Positions 29,245 through 37,932 are shown, counted from the stretch's first letter. The stretch: DNA of 64,000 nt from an uncultured virus (IMG/VR IMGVR_UViG_2773857995_000001) (IMGVR_UViG_2773857995_000001:1-64000), one strand, 5' to 3'. Translations and numbers: made by a program. The notes: generated by a model from the sequence alone, not told the origin.

Positions 29245-29801
29245 AGATCGCCCTCACCGCACCACTTCGCGCAGGCAAGTCGCTGGCCGCAACGTATATC
29301 TCGCTTCACTACGATTTCCAAGCGTTCGCATTCGGCGACGAACTAAAGGACGCATTCCACCGAGCATTCCCTAACGTTCCGAGGAATCCGAAGCCACGCG
29401 CTCATTACCAAGAGTTCGGACAGTGGGCGAGGAAACAATTCGGAGAGGACGTTTGGATCGACGCTCTCATGCCGAAAATAGCCGCCTATCTCGAACGCCA
29501 TCCTTGCTCATGCGGCAATAACACGTCACTGAAGAATCGCGTAATCATAGACGATTGCCGGCAGCCTAACGAATATCAGCGTCTGAAGGACGAAGGTTTC
29601 GTATTTATCCGCATAACAGCACCGGTCGATCTCCGTATTGAACGCGCTAAAAAAGCCGGCGATGCTTTCGAGCTTGCCGACTTAGACCATCCGACTGAGC
29701 TTGCCGTCGATAGTTTCGAAGTTGATTACGAAGTTGAGAACGTAGGCGAGCCGGAAGAGTTATACGCAAAGCTGGACGAGATTATGGCGGAACTTATATA
29801 A
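29241..29801 (+). CDS. Deoxynucleotide monophosphate kinase-like
   Basis: P-loop APLRAGKS; IIDDCRQPNE; HPTE. Confidence 0.8.
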   Translation: MKIALTAPLRAGKSLAATYISLHYDFQAFAFGDELKDAFHRAFPNVPRNPKPRAHYQEFGQWARKQFGEDVWIDALMPKIAAYLERHPCSCGNNTSLKNRVIIDDCRQPNEYQRLKDEGFVFIRITAPVDLRIERAKKAGDAFELADLDHPTELAVDSFEVDYEVENVGEPEELYAKLDEIMAELI

Positions 29802-29813
29802 GGGGGACGACAT

Positions 29814-30896
29814 ATGGGCGACTTTAACTTAACGCCGCAACTGCCGGCAAATGGACTGACGGTACTCGAACTATTCTGCGGAGGAGGACTCGGCGCAATT
29901 GGATTTAAAGCGGCCGGCTACGATATTGTAAAGGCGCTGGACTTCGATAAGAATGCCGTCAAAGCCTACCGCCACAATTTCGGTGATTACGTAGAACAGG
30001 CGGACATTAACGAAATTGATATCGATAGCTTGCCGGACACAGACGTAATCTTCGGCGGTCCTCCGTGCCAAGACTTCTCGGTTGCGGGTAAAGGCGCGGG
30101 AGCAGATGGCGAACGCGGTAAATTAATCTTCCGTTACCTCGAAATTATTGAGCGCAAGCAACCGAAAGCCTTCGTATTCGAAAACGTGAAGGGGCTGATT
30201 ACGAAGCGACATCGCCCAACATTCGATGCCCTTATCGAAAGATTTAACGAAATAGGTTACGAGATTAGTTGGAAAGTGCTGAGCGCGTGGGATTACGGAG
30301 TAGCCCAGAAGCGAGAGCGAGTGTTCATCGTTGGAATACGAAAAGACCTCGGAATCACTTTCGAGTTTCCGAAGCCGTTAGAAGGCGATTATCAAACGAA
30401 GGTATTACGGGATGTTATCGGAGATCTGCCGGAGCCGGGAGTTCAGCTAAACGATAAGCAGATCGCATACTTAGACCGCAATCCGGCATCAGTTGCGAAA
30501 AATCGTCCGGTTACGATGGGAGAGCCTTCGCGAACTATTCCGGCAGTTATGGGCAAAGGAGTTCCTTACGGTTTGTTTTACGCTAACCACGATGAAAAAT
30601 CTTACTGGACGCCAAAAAGCGAATACACCTACGATCAAGCTAATCGCGTTCAATCGATGGATAAACCGTCGAATACAATTCCAGCGCATCACAACAACGG
30701 TCAGCCGATTCATCCGACCGAAGCACCACGACGTTTCACAGTCCGTGAATGTCTCCGAATCCAATCTGCGCCCGATACTTACGTCCTGCCAGACGATATC
30801 TCCTTATCGGCACAGTATCGGATTGTGGGAAACGGAATCGCTTCGCGTGTTGCGTGGTATGTAGGGCGAGCTCTTGCGGAACAGCTACTCGTCTAA
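29814..30896 (+). CDS. C5 cytosine DNA methyltransferase (orphan)
   Basis: ELFCGGG; GGPPCQDFS; FENVKG; QKRERVF; RECLRIQ; VGNG. Confidence 0.95.
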   Translation: MGDFNLTPQLPANGLTVLELFCGGGLGAIGFKAAGYDIVKALDFDKNAVKAYRHNFGDYVEQADINEIDIDSLPDTDVIFGGPPCQDFSVAGKGAGADGERGKLIFRYLEIIERKQPKAFVFENVKGLITKRHRPTFDALIERFNEIGYEISWKVLSAWDYGVAQKRERVFIVGIRKDLGITFEFPKPLEGDYQTKVLRDVIGDLPEPGVQLNDKQIAYLDRNPASVAKNRPVTMGEPSRTIPAVMGKGVPYGLFYANHDEKSYWTPKSEYTYDQANRVQSMDKPSNTIPAHHNNGQPIHPTEAPRRFTVRECLRIQSAPDTYVLPDDISLSAQYRIVGNGIASRVAWYVGRALAEQLLV

Positions 30897-31271
30897 CTGA
30901 AACGCGTATGTGTGCTTCGGATAGGCCAGGTACGGTTGTTTAGACGCCTCGCCATCCCCGATCAAATAATAGCGTTGCGGAAGCTTATCGACATCAATGC
31001 CGACCTTGCGTAAGAACGGCCTAGCCGACACGTTGCCGCGCTTATCGAACTTAAACGGCTTGACGTCCGGCTGATTAACGAGTTCGGGCTTTCCGACCAC
31101 AATGCGGTTTTCGTCCGCATCATAGGCTACCGTCAGATAAAACGGACCGTCCGCAGGTAATCCGATGATTCGCCGGGCACCAGCCGAAATAAACAAACGT
31201 CGATGCTTTTCGATTGTTATATACGCTTTGAGGTTGCGTTCAAAGTCGTTTGATATCCACGTAAGAGCCAT
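30885..31271 (-). CDS. Putative AbrB/MraZ-like swapped-hairpin protein
   Basis: AAGGAG SD; own promoter; ITIEKHRRLFIS and FKFDKRGNVS segments. Confidence 0.55.
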   Translation of the reverse strand: MALTWISNDFERNLKAYITIEKHRRLFISAGARRIIGLPADGPFYLTVAYDADENRIVVGKPELVNQPDVKPFKFDKRGNVSARPFLRKVGIDVDKLPQRYYLIGDGEASKQPYLAYPKHTYAFQLDE

Positions 31272-31302
31272 ATCGAATCTCCTTACGAAAGTATTTACGT
31301 TA

Positions 31303-31332
31303 AGTATAGACGGATTAGTTACCGATAGTCAA
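31303..31332 (-). promoter_or_regulatory. SigA promoter for 30885-31271
   Basis: TTGACT-18-TATACT on minus strand. Confidence 0.65.
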
Positions 31333-31373
31333 CAGTAGTGTGCGGATTGTTAACGAAAAAGGAGGCGGTTGTT

Positions 31374-31763
31374 ATCGGAAAAGTCAAAATCGATCTACAC
31401 CGAAAGGATCGCGAATTTGAAACGACATATGCGCTAGACAATGCGGAGGGCGTCAAAACGTTGCTCTCCGATTATCCGAAGTTCGTCAGCCGCAAACGAC
31501 TCGGAGAATACGAAGCTGCCGAAGTGCTGCTCGATCTGCACAACGCGATTGAGCTTGCGTATCTGACCGACAGGCAGCGCGAAGCTATCCGGCTTGTATA
31601 TTTCGAAGACCTGACGCAAGTGGAGGCAGGGAAACGGATGGGGATCGGGCAGGATGCCGTGTTTAAACATATCGATGCTGCTGCGGATAAGATCGCGGAT
31701 ATTTACTACTATTGGGCGGGACATGGCGAAGGATACTCGATGGGAGGACGAATTAATGGATAA
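31374..31763 (+). CDS. Sigma-70 region 4 HTH regulator; proposed ATC start
   Basis: LTDRQREAIRLVYFEDLTQVEAGKRMGIGQDAV; AAAGGAGG 8 nt before ATC. Confidence 0.8.
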   Translation: MGKVKIDLHRKDREFETTYALDNAEGVKTLLSDYPKFVSRKRLGEYEAAEVLLDLHNAIELAYLTDRQREAIRLVYFEDLTQVEAGKRMGIGQDAVFKHIDAAADKIADIYYYWAGHGEGYSMGGRING

Positions 31764-32244
31764 AGCACTATTGCACGAAATGATTACCGAATTATATCAA
31801 CGAACAAAGGCCGGAGAATTGGATCGTATTGAACGTATTAAGGAAATTAACGCACTTGTGGAAGCCTACCACGATTCAGTCGGCAAATCTCCGGACTCCG
31901 CCGCACTTGAACGTATGGCGAATCTTATTATCTACGAGGAGCTTTCGGACCCTCATCCGGATAAAATGGCTCGCGAAGAGTATCCGATTATGAGTGAAAC
32001 CCAACGGGAGGAACGTATTAAGTCGGAAGCGTCCGAAAAACTTGCCGAAGAGTACGGTGCAGATGGCCGAAATTATAAAGTTCCGACGCGAAGAAAACGT
32101 TCTTCTTATGAATCTAAGTTCGTTGACAAGGCGGCTAGATCGCGAAATAAAGAACGCCGAAAACGATATAACGATTTCGTAAAAGGAAAATCCGAAGGAC
32201 AATTTACGGTCAATATCGCAACCGGCGAAAAAATTATTCATTAA
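31756..32244 (+). CDS. Conserved phage protein
   Basis: GGAGG SD; EELSDPHPDKMAREEYPIMS. Confidence 0.7.
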   Translation: MDKALLHEMITELYQRTKAGELDRIERIKEINALVEAYHDSVGKSPDSAALERMANLIIYEELSDPHPDKMAREEYPIMSETQREERIKSEASEKLAEEYGADGRNYKVPTRRKRSSYESKFVDKAARSRNKERRKRYNDFVKGKSEGQFTVNIATGEKIIH

Positions 32245-32332
32245 TTGTTCCGTTTTAATCCGTTTTGCTGGCTATACGTTATGAGGGCGCCAAATCCGCG
32301 CTCTTTTATTTTGCGAAAAAGGAGACGATATT

Positions 32333-33133
32333 TTGAAAAGATTACGAGTAGTAAACGCAGAGACAGGCGAAGATCTATCGACAGACTACACGCTAAGGCA
32401 TCGGAACCAGGATGAAGCTTTCCGGGAACAGCAAAAGCAGACGACGGACAGACGCGACTTTTCCAACGCCAATATGTCTAATATTCACGAAGTATATGAC
32501 GCTCTCACAACGGCCCAGTGCGGGTATTTGATGTTGCTGCAATGCTACGTCGACTATAACGGTGTTCTCGTTAAATCTAGCCGCGATAAAACTCCGATGA
32601 CCACGGCGGATATGATGTCCGTTCTACAGCTCGTAAAAAAGCCGCGAACGTTTTACGATTTCTTGAGCGCGTGTACTAAGCACGATATTATTCGGGAGGA
32701 AAACGGCATATACTCGGTGAACGAGCGCTACCACTTCAAAGGTAACTTCGGTAGCCAGTACGTTGTCAAATTGTATACCGCGAAGATTAAGAAGGTATAC
32801 AGCGAAGTGAAGGCGACGGACATCGGCCTGATTTACCGGATGTTGCCGTTCATTCACTACGAAACAAACGCTTTATGCGCCAATCCTTTCGAAAAGAATC
32901 CGAAGCATATCCGTTGGTTCAACAAGAAAGAGCTTGCGGCGGCGATCGGAGTAACGCCGGATACGCTTGGCCGGCGGCTGAAGCAGATGAAATTCGATGG
33001 GGAGTTCGTTGTCGCGCGAATAAAGGTCGGCAGCGAACCTGAACGATATACGTTCAATCCTAACGTGTTTTATCGACAATCCAAGGCGCCTGATAAGACG
33101 CTGCTTGCGATGTTTAACGTTAAGAAGCCGTAA
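32333..33133 (+). CDS. RepL-like/plasmid-type replication protein with two HTHs
   Basis: VVNAETGE start; YSVNERY and YTFNPNVFY motifs; KKELAAAIGVTPDTLGRRL HTH. Confidence 0.55.
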   Translation: MKRLRVVNAETGEDLSTDYTLRHRNQDEAFREQQKQTTDRRDFSNANMSNIHEVYDALTTAQCGYLMLLQCYVDYNGVLVKSSRDKTPMTTADMMSVLQLVKKPRTFYDFLSACTKHDIIREENGIYSVNERYHFKGNFGSQYVVKLYTAKIKKVYSEVKATDIGLIYRMLPFIHYETNALCANPFEKNPKHIRWFNKKELAAAIGVTPDTLGRRLKQMKFDGEFVVARIKVGSEPERYTFNPNVFYRQSKAPDKTLLAMFNVKKP

Positions 33134-33140
33134 ATAAACG

Positions 33141-33170
33141 AAAAAAGGCGCCGTAATTGGCGCCTCTAAT
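33141..33170. terminator. Terminator between convergent genes
   Basis: AAAAAA-GGCGCC-GTAATT-GGCGCC; U-tract on minus strand. Confidence 0.7.
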
Positions 33171-33317
33171 TCGTCTTAAACCCATTCACAAAGCTTTCTC
33201 CGTCCTGTTCCGTATGAATAAGCTGCTGAGCGCTTTGGCTGATCCGCTGTGCGAGCGCCTGCTGCGCTTTTCCATTGGGTCGTTCTGCTTTTTGATTATT
33301 TGATCTAACGTATCCAT
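33166..33317 (-). pseudogene. Remnant of a small helical (WXG100-like) partner gene
   Basis: MDTLDQIIKKQ start, then a helical ...AQQALAQRISQSAQQLIHTEQDGESFVNGFKTN* in another frame. Confidence 0.35.
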
Positions 33318-33328
33318 TTACTCATCTA

Positions 33329-34756
33329 CTATAACTTTAACCAGTTTGCGAGCATCTTGTCTTTTGATTTGAAATCCTTTGCGATTTGCGCCAGATAGCC
33401 GCTGATTTCTTCTAAATCTGAAATCGTGTCTTGTAATGAAGCGATATATGCCGCTTCGGCATCGACATCGTAAAACAGCGGATTCCCTTTTTTATCGAAC
33501 GACTGCGCCAAATCATTCAGCGTATTGTTTACATCATCGAGCGTAAGCTGATCGTATAAGCCGTGACCGACCTGGCGATAGGTATCGTATTTCAAATCGC
33601 TTATCGCAGCGTCATGTTCCTGGTAGGCGTTTTCCGCTTCTCTTTTCATCGTACGCAGGTCGTTTATAATCGCATTTACTTTTTCCGCAAGCTGCTTAGC
33701 GACTTCGGGGGTGACTTTAATCGCGCCGCTCCCTGATGCCACTTCAGCCGGCAGCATTGCTTTTAAATTTTTATCGTAGACGAGTTCATCGCCGTCTATA
33801 TTCTTAATATTACCGTCTTCATCGAAGGTGAAGTTATTGCTGCCGACCCAGTGCGTATTAGGCATCCCCAAGATTGCTGTCTGAAAGAAGTACGCAGCGT
33901 TTTCGCCAATTTGATCAGTTACTTTGCCTCGCATTCTCATTTCGCGCATAGCATTCGATACAGCAGGATCTTTTGTATATATCGTCGTTCCATTGTGGCG
34001 GTCGTACTCATTCCACCAACCGGCTCCGATCATATCATCCGGATTTACGATCGACTTTACATACCGGTTGTATTCACCGTTATTGATTTCCTTTTGCTTT
34101 TCTTCGGAATGTAATTTAACGACGGAGGGATTGTTGAATGCGACGGCATAGATATCGTTGTTGACCGCACTGTATTCCGCTTCTGCACCTCCGAGTGAGT
34201 GTCCAGTCGTTGAAATGATCGTCGAGGTGCCTTTATATTTTTGTTTGATTTCTCTTATAAGATCGTCGGCTTGACCGATTTGGGACGGTTTTGTAATCAA
34301 TTTGTAGTTACCGGTGCTAAGCATAGCGTCTTGTGAGGGTGTGGAATTGTATTTTCCCAGTGTTTTGGATGTATCTTTCGCATCTTTTTCGATTATATAA
34401 TGCGTTTTCTTTTTTGGATCTTGCCCCATCACGATATTTCCACCGTCTGCTTTTACTAAGTCATCGATCGGGTCCTTTCCGGCGTCAGTACCGGCGAAGG
34501 CTACGACGACGTTTTTGGGGTTATCTGATTTAACCCACTTTCCGTTTTTCTCTTCGGCTTGTGACAGAACAACCGCATCAAGTCCGGTATCGTCATCCGA
34601 CTTAATTTTTTCAACATACCACCGAGAAGAACTACTCGTCGTTAAAGGTCTATTTTCTTTTAATGATTTTTTGATTTTGTCATAGTTATAAGAAAACCTA
34701 CTTAAATAATAATATTCTTTATCGCTAATGTTTGGAATATCGATATTCTTAGGCAT
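33329..34756 (-). CDS. Lipase-family putative toxin with C-terminal WXG/LXG-like helical domain
   Basis: VVAFAGT; TGHSLGGAEA; VAFN; DMIG; C-terminal SGAIKVTPEVAKQLA...IAKDFKSKDKMLA; GAGGTG SD before ATG 34756. Confidence 0.75.
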   Translation of the reverse strand: MPKNIDIPNISDKEYYYLSRFSYNYDKIKKSLKENRPLTTSSSSRWYVEKIKSDDDTGLDAVVLSQAEEKNGKWVKSDNPKNVVVAFAGTDAGKDPIDDLVKADGGNIVMGQDPKKKTHYIIEKDAKDTSKTLGKYNSTPSQDAMLSTGNYKLITKPSQIGQADDLIREIKQKYKGTSTIISTTGHSLGGAEAEYSAVNNDIYAVAFNNPSVVKLHSEEKQKEINNGEYNRYVKSIVNPDDMIGAGWWNEYDRHNGTTIYTKDPAVSNAMREMRMRGKVTDQIGENAAYFFQTAILGMPNTHWVGSNNFTFDEDGNIKNIDGDELVYDKNLKAMLPAEVASGSGAIKVTPEVAKQLAEKVNAIINDLRTMKREAENAYQEHDAAISDLKYDTYRQVGHGLYDQLTLDDVNNTLNDLAQSFDKKGNPLFYDVDAEAAYIASLQDTISDLEEISGYLAQIAKDFKSKDKMLANWLKL

Positions 34757-34806
34757 GTACAACACCTCAACTCTAATGTAAAATTGTTTTAGGAAAGGAT
34801 GAGTCT

Positions 34807-35127
34807 ATGAGAAAATACATAATTATCCTAATCTCCATCGTAATTATAACATTTGGAGGTATTTACATGAAGCACCAACACGATCAAAAAGTAGCAGAAA
34901 CCGAGTTGTTTAATCAGGCTAAAACTAAGATGAAAACTTTTTTAGAAAAAAACTATAAAGATATTAAAGAAATAAATTTTTCGGATTCATATGACATAGA
35001 CCCTATGGGCGGGATAACTGTAGAAGGATATATAAATGGGGATAAAAATAAAGAGTTTTTCGGTACTTATGATAAAACTAACGATGAGATAGGCATTTCT
35101 TCAGTGGACGCAGAAGAGAAGCCATAG
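34807..35127 (+). CDS. DUF1433-like membrane-anchored protein (putative immunity protein)
   Basis: N-terminal TM; FLEKNYKDIKEINF; DPMGGITVEGYING; divergent from lipase. Confidence 0.7.
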   Translation: MRKYIIILISIVIITFGGIYMKHQHDQKVAETELFNQAKTKMKTFLEKNYKDIKEINFSDSYDIDPMGGITVEGYINGDKNKEFFGTYDKTNDEIGISSVDAEEKP

Positions 35128-35148
35128 TGTCAAGATAAAGTTTGTAAA

Positions 35149-35188
35149 TAAAGAGCCCGACTCAATTTTGAGTAGGGCTTTTCGTTTT
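35149..35188. terminator. Bidirectional terminator
   Basis: AAAGAGCCCGACTCAATTTTGAGTAGGGCTTTTCGTTTT. Confidence 0.7.
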
Positions 35189-35360
35189 ATATGCTCTTTT
35201 TCATTCCGCATCTACGGCACTCGCGAAGAAATATCCCGTCCTTCACCGAACTTTTGAACAGTGTATAATCGCAGTTGTCGAAGCGTCCGTGATGAACGTC
35301 TGGATACTCTTTGTAGTCGTATACAATCGTCGTATCGTATCCTTTTGTTTCGTATTCCAT
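35187..35360 (-). CDS. Small zinc-ribbon-like protein (57 aa)
   Basis: GGAGG SD; MEYETKGYD...FDNC...ECRRCGMKKSI. Confidence 0.65.
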   Translation of the reverse strand: MEYETKGYDTTIVYDYKEYPDVHHGRFDNCDYTLFKSSVKDGIFLRECRRCGMKKSI

Positions 35361-35421
35361 TCGTCCTCAACCTCCGACTAATAGGATACGACATTAGCTC
35401 GGGGGATTCAACGCCGTAGAC

Positions 35422-35515
35422 AACGATTTTCCCACGAAATTAAAGCGTAGGAGCCGCCGGAATCTGTTGCGGGTATATTAGGTATCAGCGGCCGCTTAAC
35501 GCCTGATTTCGTGTG
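35422..35515. repeat. Long imperfect hairpin element, copy 1
   Basis: AACGATTTTC-CCACGAAATTA..GCGT...ACGC.TGATTTCGTG; related to 38436-38534. Confidence 0.6.
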
Positions 35516-35854
35516 TTATTCGATAACCTTAATCGCCTTAAATCCGCTGCCATTTTCGTATTGATCCTTTGTAAAAGTCACGCTTATTCGATCGCCTGGC
35601 TTTGCGTCTGTGGCTGCCGGATCGAAAGAGAAGCCGCCGTCATCCGCTGAAACCGCGTAATCTTTTCCTTCGACAATATATTCGCGCTCGATCGTTTCCT
35701 GGGCGTCTTTGGCTTCGGCTGCCATGTCGTCAGCCACGCGATAAGCAATATCGACATCTTCGTTCAGCTTTGCGGCGTAAAAGCCGAGAGCCGCGTTGCC
35801 TGCGATTGATAGGCCGAGGATGGCCGTTAAAAGTTTCGTTTTATTCATCGTCAT
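35516..35854 (-). CDS. Exported/membrane-anchored hypothetical protein
   Basis: N-terminal hydrophobic segment; GGAGG SD. Confidence 0.65.
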   Translation of the reverse strand: MTMNKTKLLTAILGLSIAGNAALGFYAAKLNEDVDIAYRVADDMAAEAKDAQETIEREYIVEGKDYAVSADDGGFSFDPAATDAKPGDRISVTFTKDQYENGSGFKAIKVIE

Positions 35855-35932
35855 GACCTCCGCAATATATGATTAGAATTCGTAAAAATTAGAATGTATG
35901 AGCCGCCAACCATCGGCGGCTTGTAACCGTCC

Positions 35933-36127
35933 TTATTCGCGTTCGGTGTCTTTATCCACGATTGTGTATCCTAGACATGTAAGTGCAAAATCAAAACCTA
36001 ATTTATATGCGTGATTTTCGTTCTTGAACTGCATATCAGGACTTTTGTAGAGATCGAGCATGTACTCGATTTCATCTGGTGCTAGCACTGGCGCATCGGG
36101 ACTTATCCGTTCAATATCAATTCTCAT
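35933..36127 (-). CDS. Hypothetical protein
   Basis: GAGGAGG SD; TAATG coupling. Confidence 0.65.
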   Translation of the reverse strand: MRIDIERISPDAPVLAPDEIEYMLDLYKSPDMQFKNENHAYKLGFDFALTCLGYTIVDKDTERE

Positions 36128-36288
36128 TATCGTTTCCTCCTCGATTTTAAAATTAAAAGTATAGCTAAAACGATCGCTGATCCGAGGCCGACGTAGTCCA
36201 GGACGGACAGCCGGCCGAAGTTCATATCCGCAATCCAGGCGAGCAAGACGACAACTAACAAAATTTCGGTGGTATCAATTCGTTTCAT
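36127..36288 (-). CDS. Small two-TM membrane protein (53 aa)
   Basis: MKRIDTTEILLVVVLLAW...LILKSRRKR; no clear SD. Confidence 0.55.
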   Translation of the reverse strand: MKRIDTTEILLVVVLLAWIADMNFGRLSVLDYVGLGSAIVLAILLILKSRRKR

Positions 36289-36291
36289 TCG

Positions 36292-36381
36292 TGTTATAAT
36301 TGATTGACAAGGGGCTTGCGCCCCTCGTAGCTTATGTTCGGCGACGGTTCTTCGTGGTGGGAGATCGTCGCTCTTTACTTT
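36292..36381 (+). ncRNA. Predicted antisense RNA (type I antitoxin candidate)
   Basis: Extended -10 TGtTATAAT at 36292-36300; hairpin AGGGGC/GCCCCT; terminator-like hairpin 36340-36372 plus TTTACTTT. Confidence 0.5.
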
Positions 36382-36490
36382 CGGCTTTGGACTGATCGTC
36401 CTTTCGCATCTTGCGGAGTTCAAGACCGAGCTTGATAATTCCGAGCCAAGATGCGGCGATTGCCGAAAGCTTCATGACTATGTCAATCAA
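36332..36490 (-). CDS. YonT-like small peptide (52 aa; TM helix plus basic tail), type I toxin candidate
   Basis: AAAGGAGGTGA SD; TTG start; MIDIVMKLSAIAASWLGIIKLGLELRKMRK...KNRRRT. Confidence 0.65.
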   Translation of the reverse strand: MIDIVMKLSAIAASWLGIIKLGLELRKMRKDDQSKAESKERRSPTTKNRRRT

Positions 36491-36517
36491 TTACGTTCAC
36501 CTCCTTTCGTTAATTCT

Positions 36518-36583
36518 ATTATAACGCATTACCGTTATAACGTCAATACGTTATTTACAAAAATATCGCTTTTACGATATAAT
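36518..36583. promoter_or_regulatory. Divergent SigA promoters
   Basis: Minus: TTGACG-17-TATAAT (36546-36518); plus: TTTACA-18-TATAAT (36554-36583). Confidence 0.7.
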
Positions 36584-36603
36584 TATCGCAGGAGGTGCCG
36601 GCA

Positions 36604-36822
36604 ATGATCGTTAAAATAAAGCTAGCCGAGCTACTTGATCGGAAGGATATGTCGCAAAAGGAACTCGCTGAACTAACCGGAATACGTCCGTCTGCAATCA
36701 GCGAACTATGTCGCGGAATTAAGGAACGAGTACAACTCGACCACCTTAGCCGGATTGCGACCGCGTTGAACATAACGGACATACGGGAGCTTATCGACCT
36801 AGACGAAGACGCTGACGAATGA
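36604..36822 (+). CDS. XRE/Cro HTH regulator
   Basis: MSQKELAELTGIRPSAISELCRG; GGAGG SD. Confidence 0.9.
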   Translation: MIVKIKLAELLDRKDMSQKELAELTGIRPSAISELCRGIKERVQLDHLSRIATALNITDIRELIDLDEDADE

Positions 36823-37371
36823 TTGGCGTCTATTTCTTCGTGTTATTATCGTATATTTATACGTTTATATGAATAATAATACGATAGATATGACGGTGGG
36901 AGGTCGGGTGATTATCGTCTTATTCTCAATTAGAATAACGTAATTGATAATGAACACGATCTTATTCGCACAAATCGGCCAAAAACACGACTTTATTCGC
37001 ACAACCGAAAATGGGGTTCGCGCTTACAGCCGCAAGGGATACAGCGATTTTGAGTCCGGAATTACTTCTTAGTCTTCTGAATTCGAAGACTAGCGGGAAC
37101 TACGTTTCACTCCGTCCCGCAGAAACGCAATCATGTATATTGTATAAATAATTGTATCGCGATAAAGGTCTTAATAATATCCGCGGACACGGAGGAGCGT
37201 AAGCGACGGAGTGGCCGCTATGTTTTAAAACAAACGGAAAGGAGTCCGTAAAACTAGCGAAAATAATTACGCTATCTTATCGATAACTACGCATATTTTA
37301 CGTCCGTAGTTGTCTATACGTAATAGAAGGACGTAAAGCTACGTAAACTTAACGGAAAGGAGGGCGGAGAA

Positions 37372-37761
37372 TTGGCTCGGAAACTTAGCGAAAAACAGAT
37401 CGCTGCCATAACGATTTTAGCACAGCCGAAAAGAGGCGGAATGACTTACGATCAGATTGCCGAAGAAGTAGGCGTAAGTAGGCAGACGTTATATGAATGG
37501 CGGCAGAATGATTCGTTTAATGACGAACTAAAGCGTCAGATTATGCGGAACACTCTCGATCGTTTACCGGAAGTAATGGACTCCATACCGGATCATATCA
37601 TTAACGACGGAAATGCTGCGATGTTTAGAACGCTGTTGCAGGCGCATAGTATGCTTACGGATAATGTAGTCGTAGAGAATAAGAACGGCAGCGATACGGA
37701 TATAGACGAGATGAAGGCGCAGATAGAGCGTATGAGAGCGTTGCGTAAGGATGCCGAATAG
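37372..37761 (+). CDS. Putative terminase small subunit (phBC6A51-type HTH)
   Basis: LSEKQIAAI...TYDQIAEEVGVSRQTLYEWRQNDSF. Confidence 0.7.
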   Translation: MARKLSEKQIAAITILAQPKRGGMTYDQIAEEVGVSRQTLYEWRQNDSFNDELKRQIMRNTLDRLPEVMDSIPDHIINDGNAAMFRTLLQAHSMLTDNVVVENKNGSDTDIDEMKAQIERMRALRKDAE

Positions 37762-37932
37762 TAGGCGCAGTATATAGGAAACGAATAGGATACGGAGGGT
37801 TTACGAGGGGTGACGGCGGATATTATTCTGTAAGCTGAAACCTCCTTGCGCGCGACCCTCCGATCACTTTGACGAAAGCCCATCCGTTTATGCAATATCT
37901 TATACATATCGCGCTGATCCTACCGAACATAA

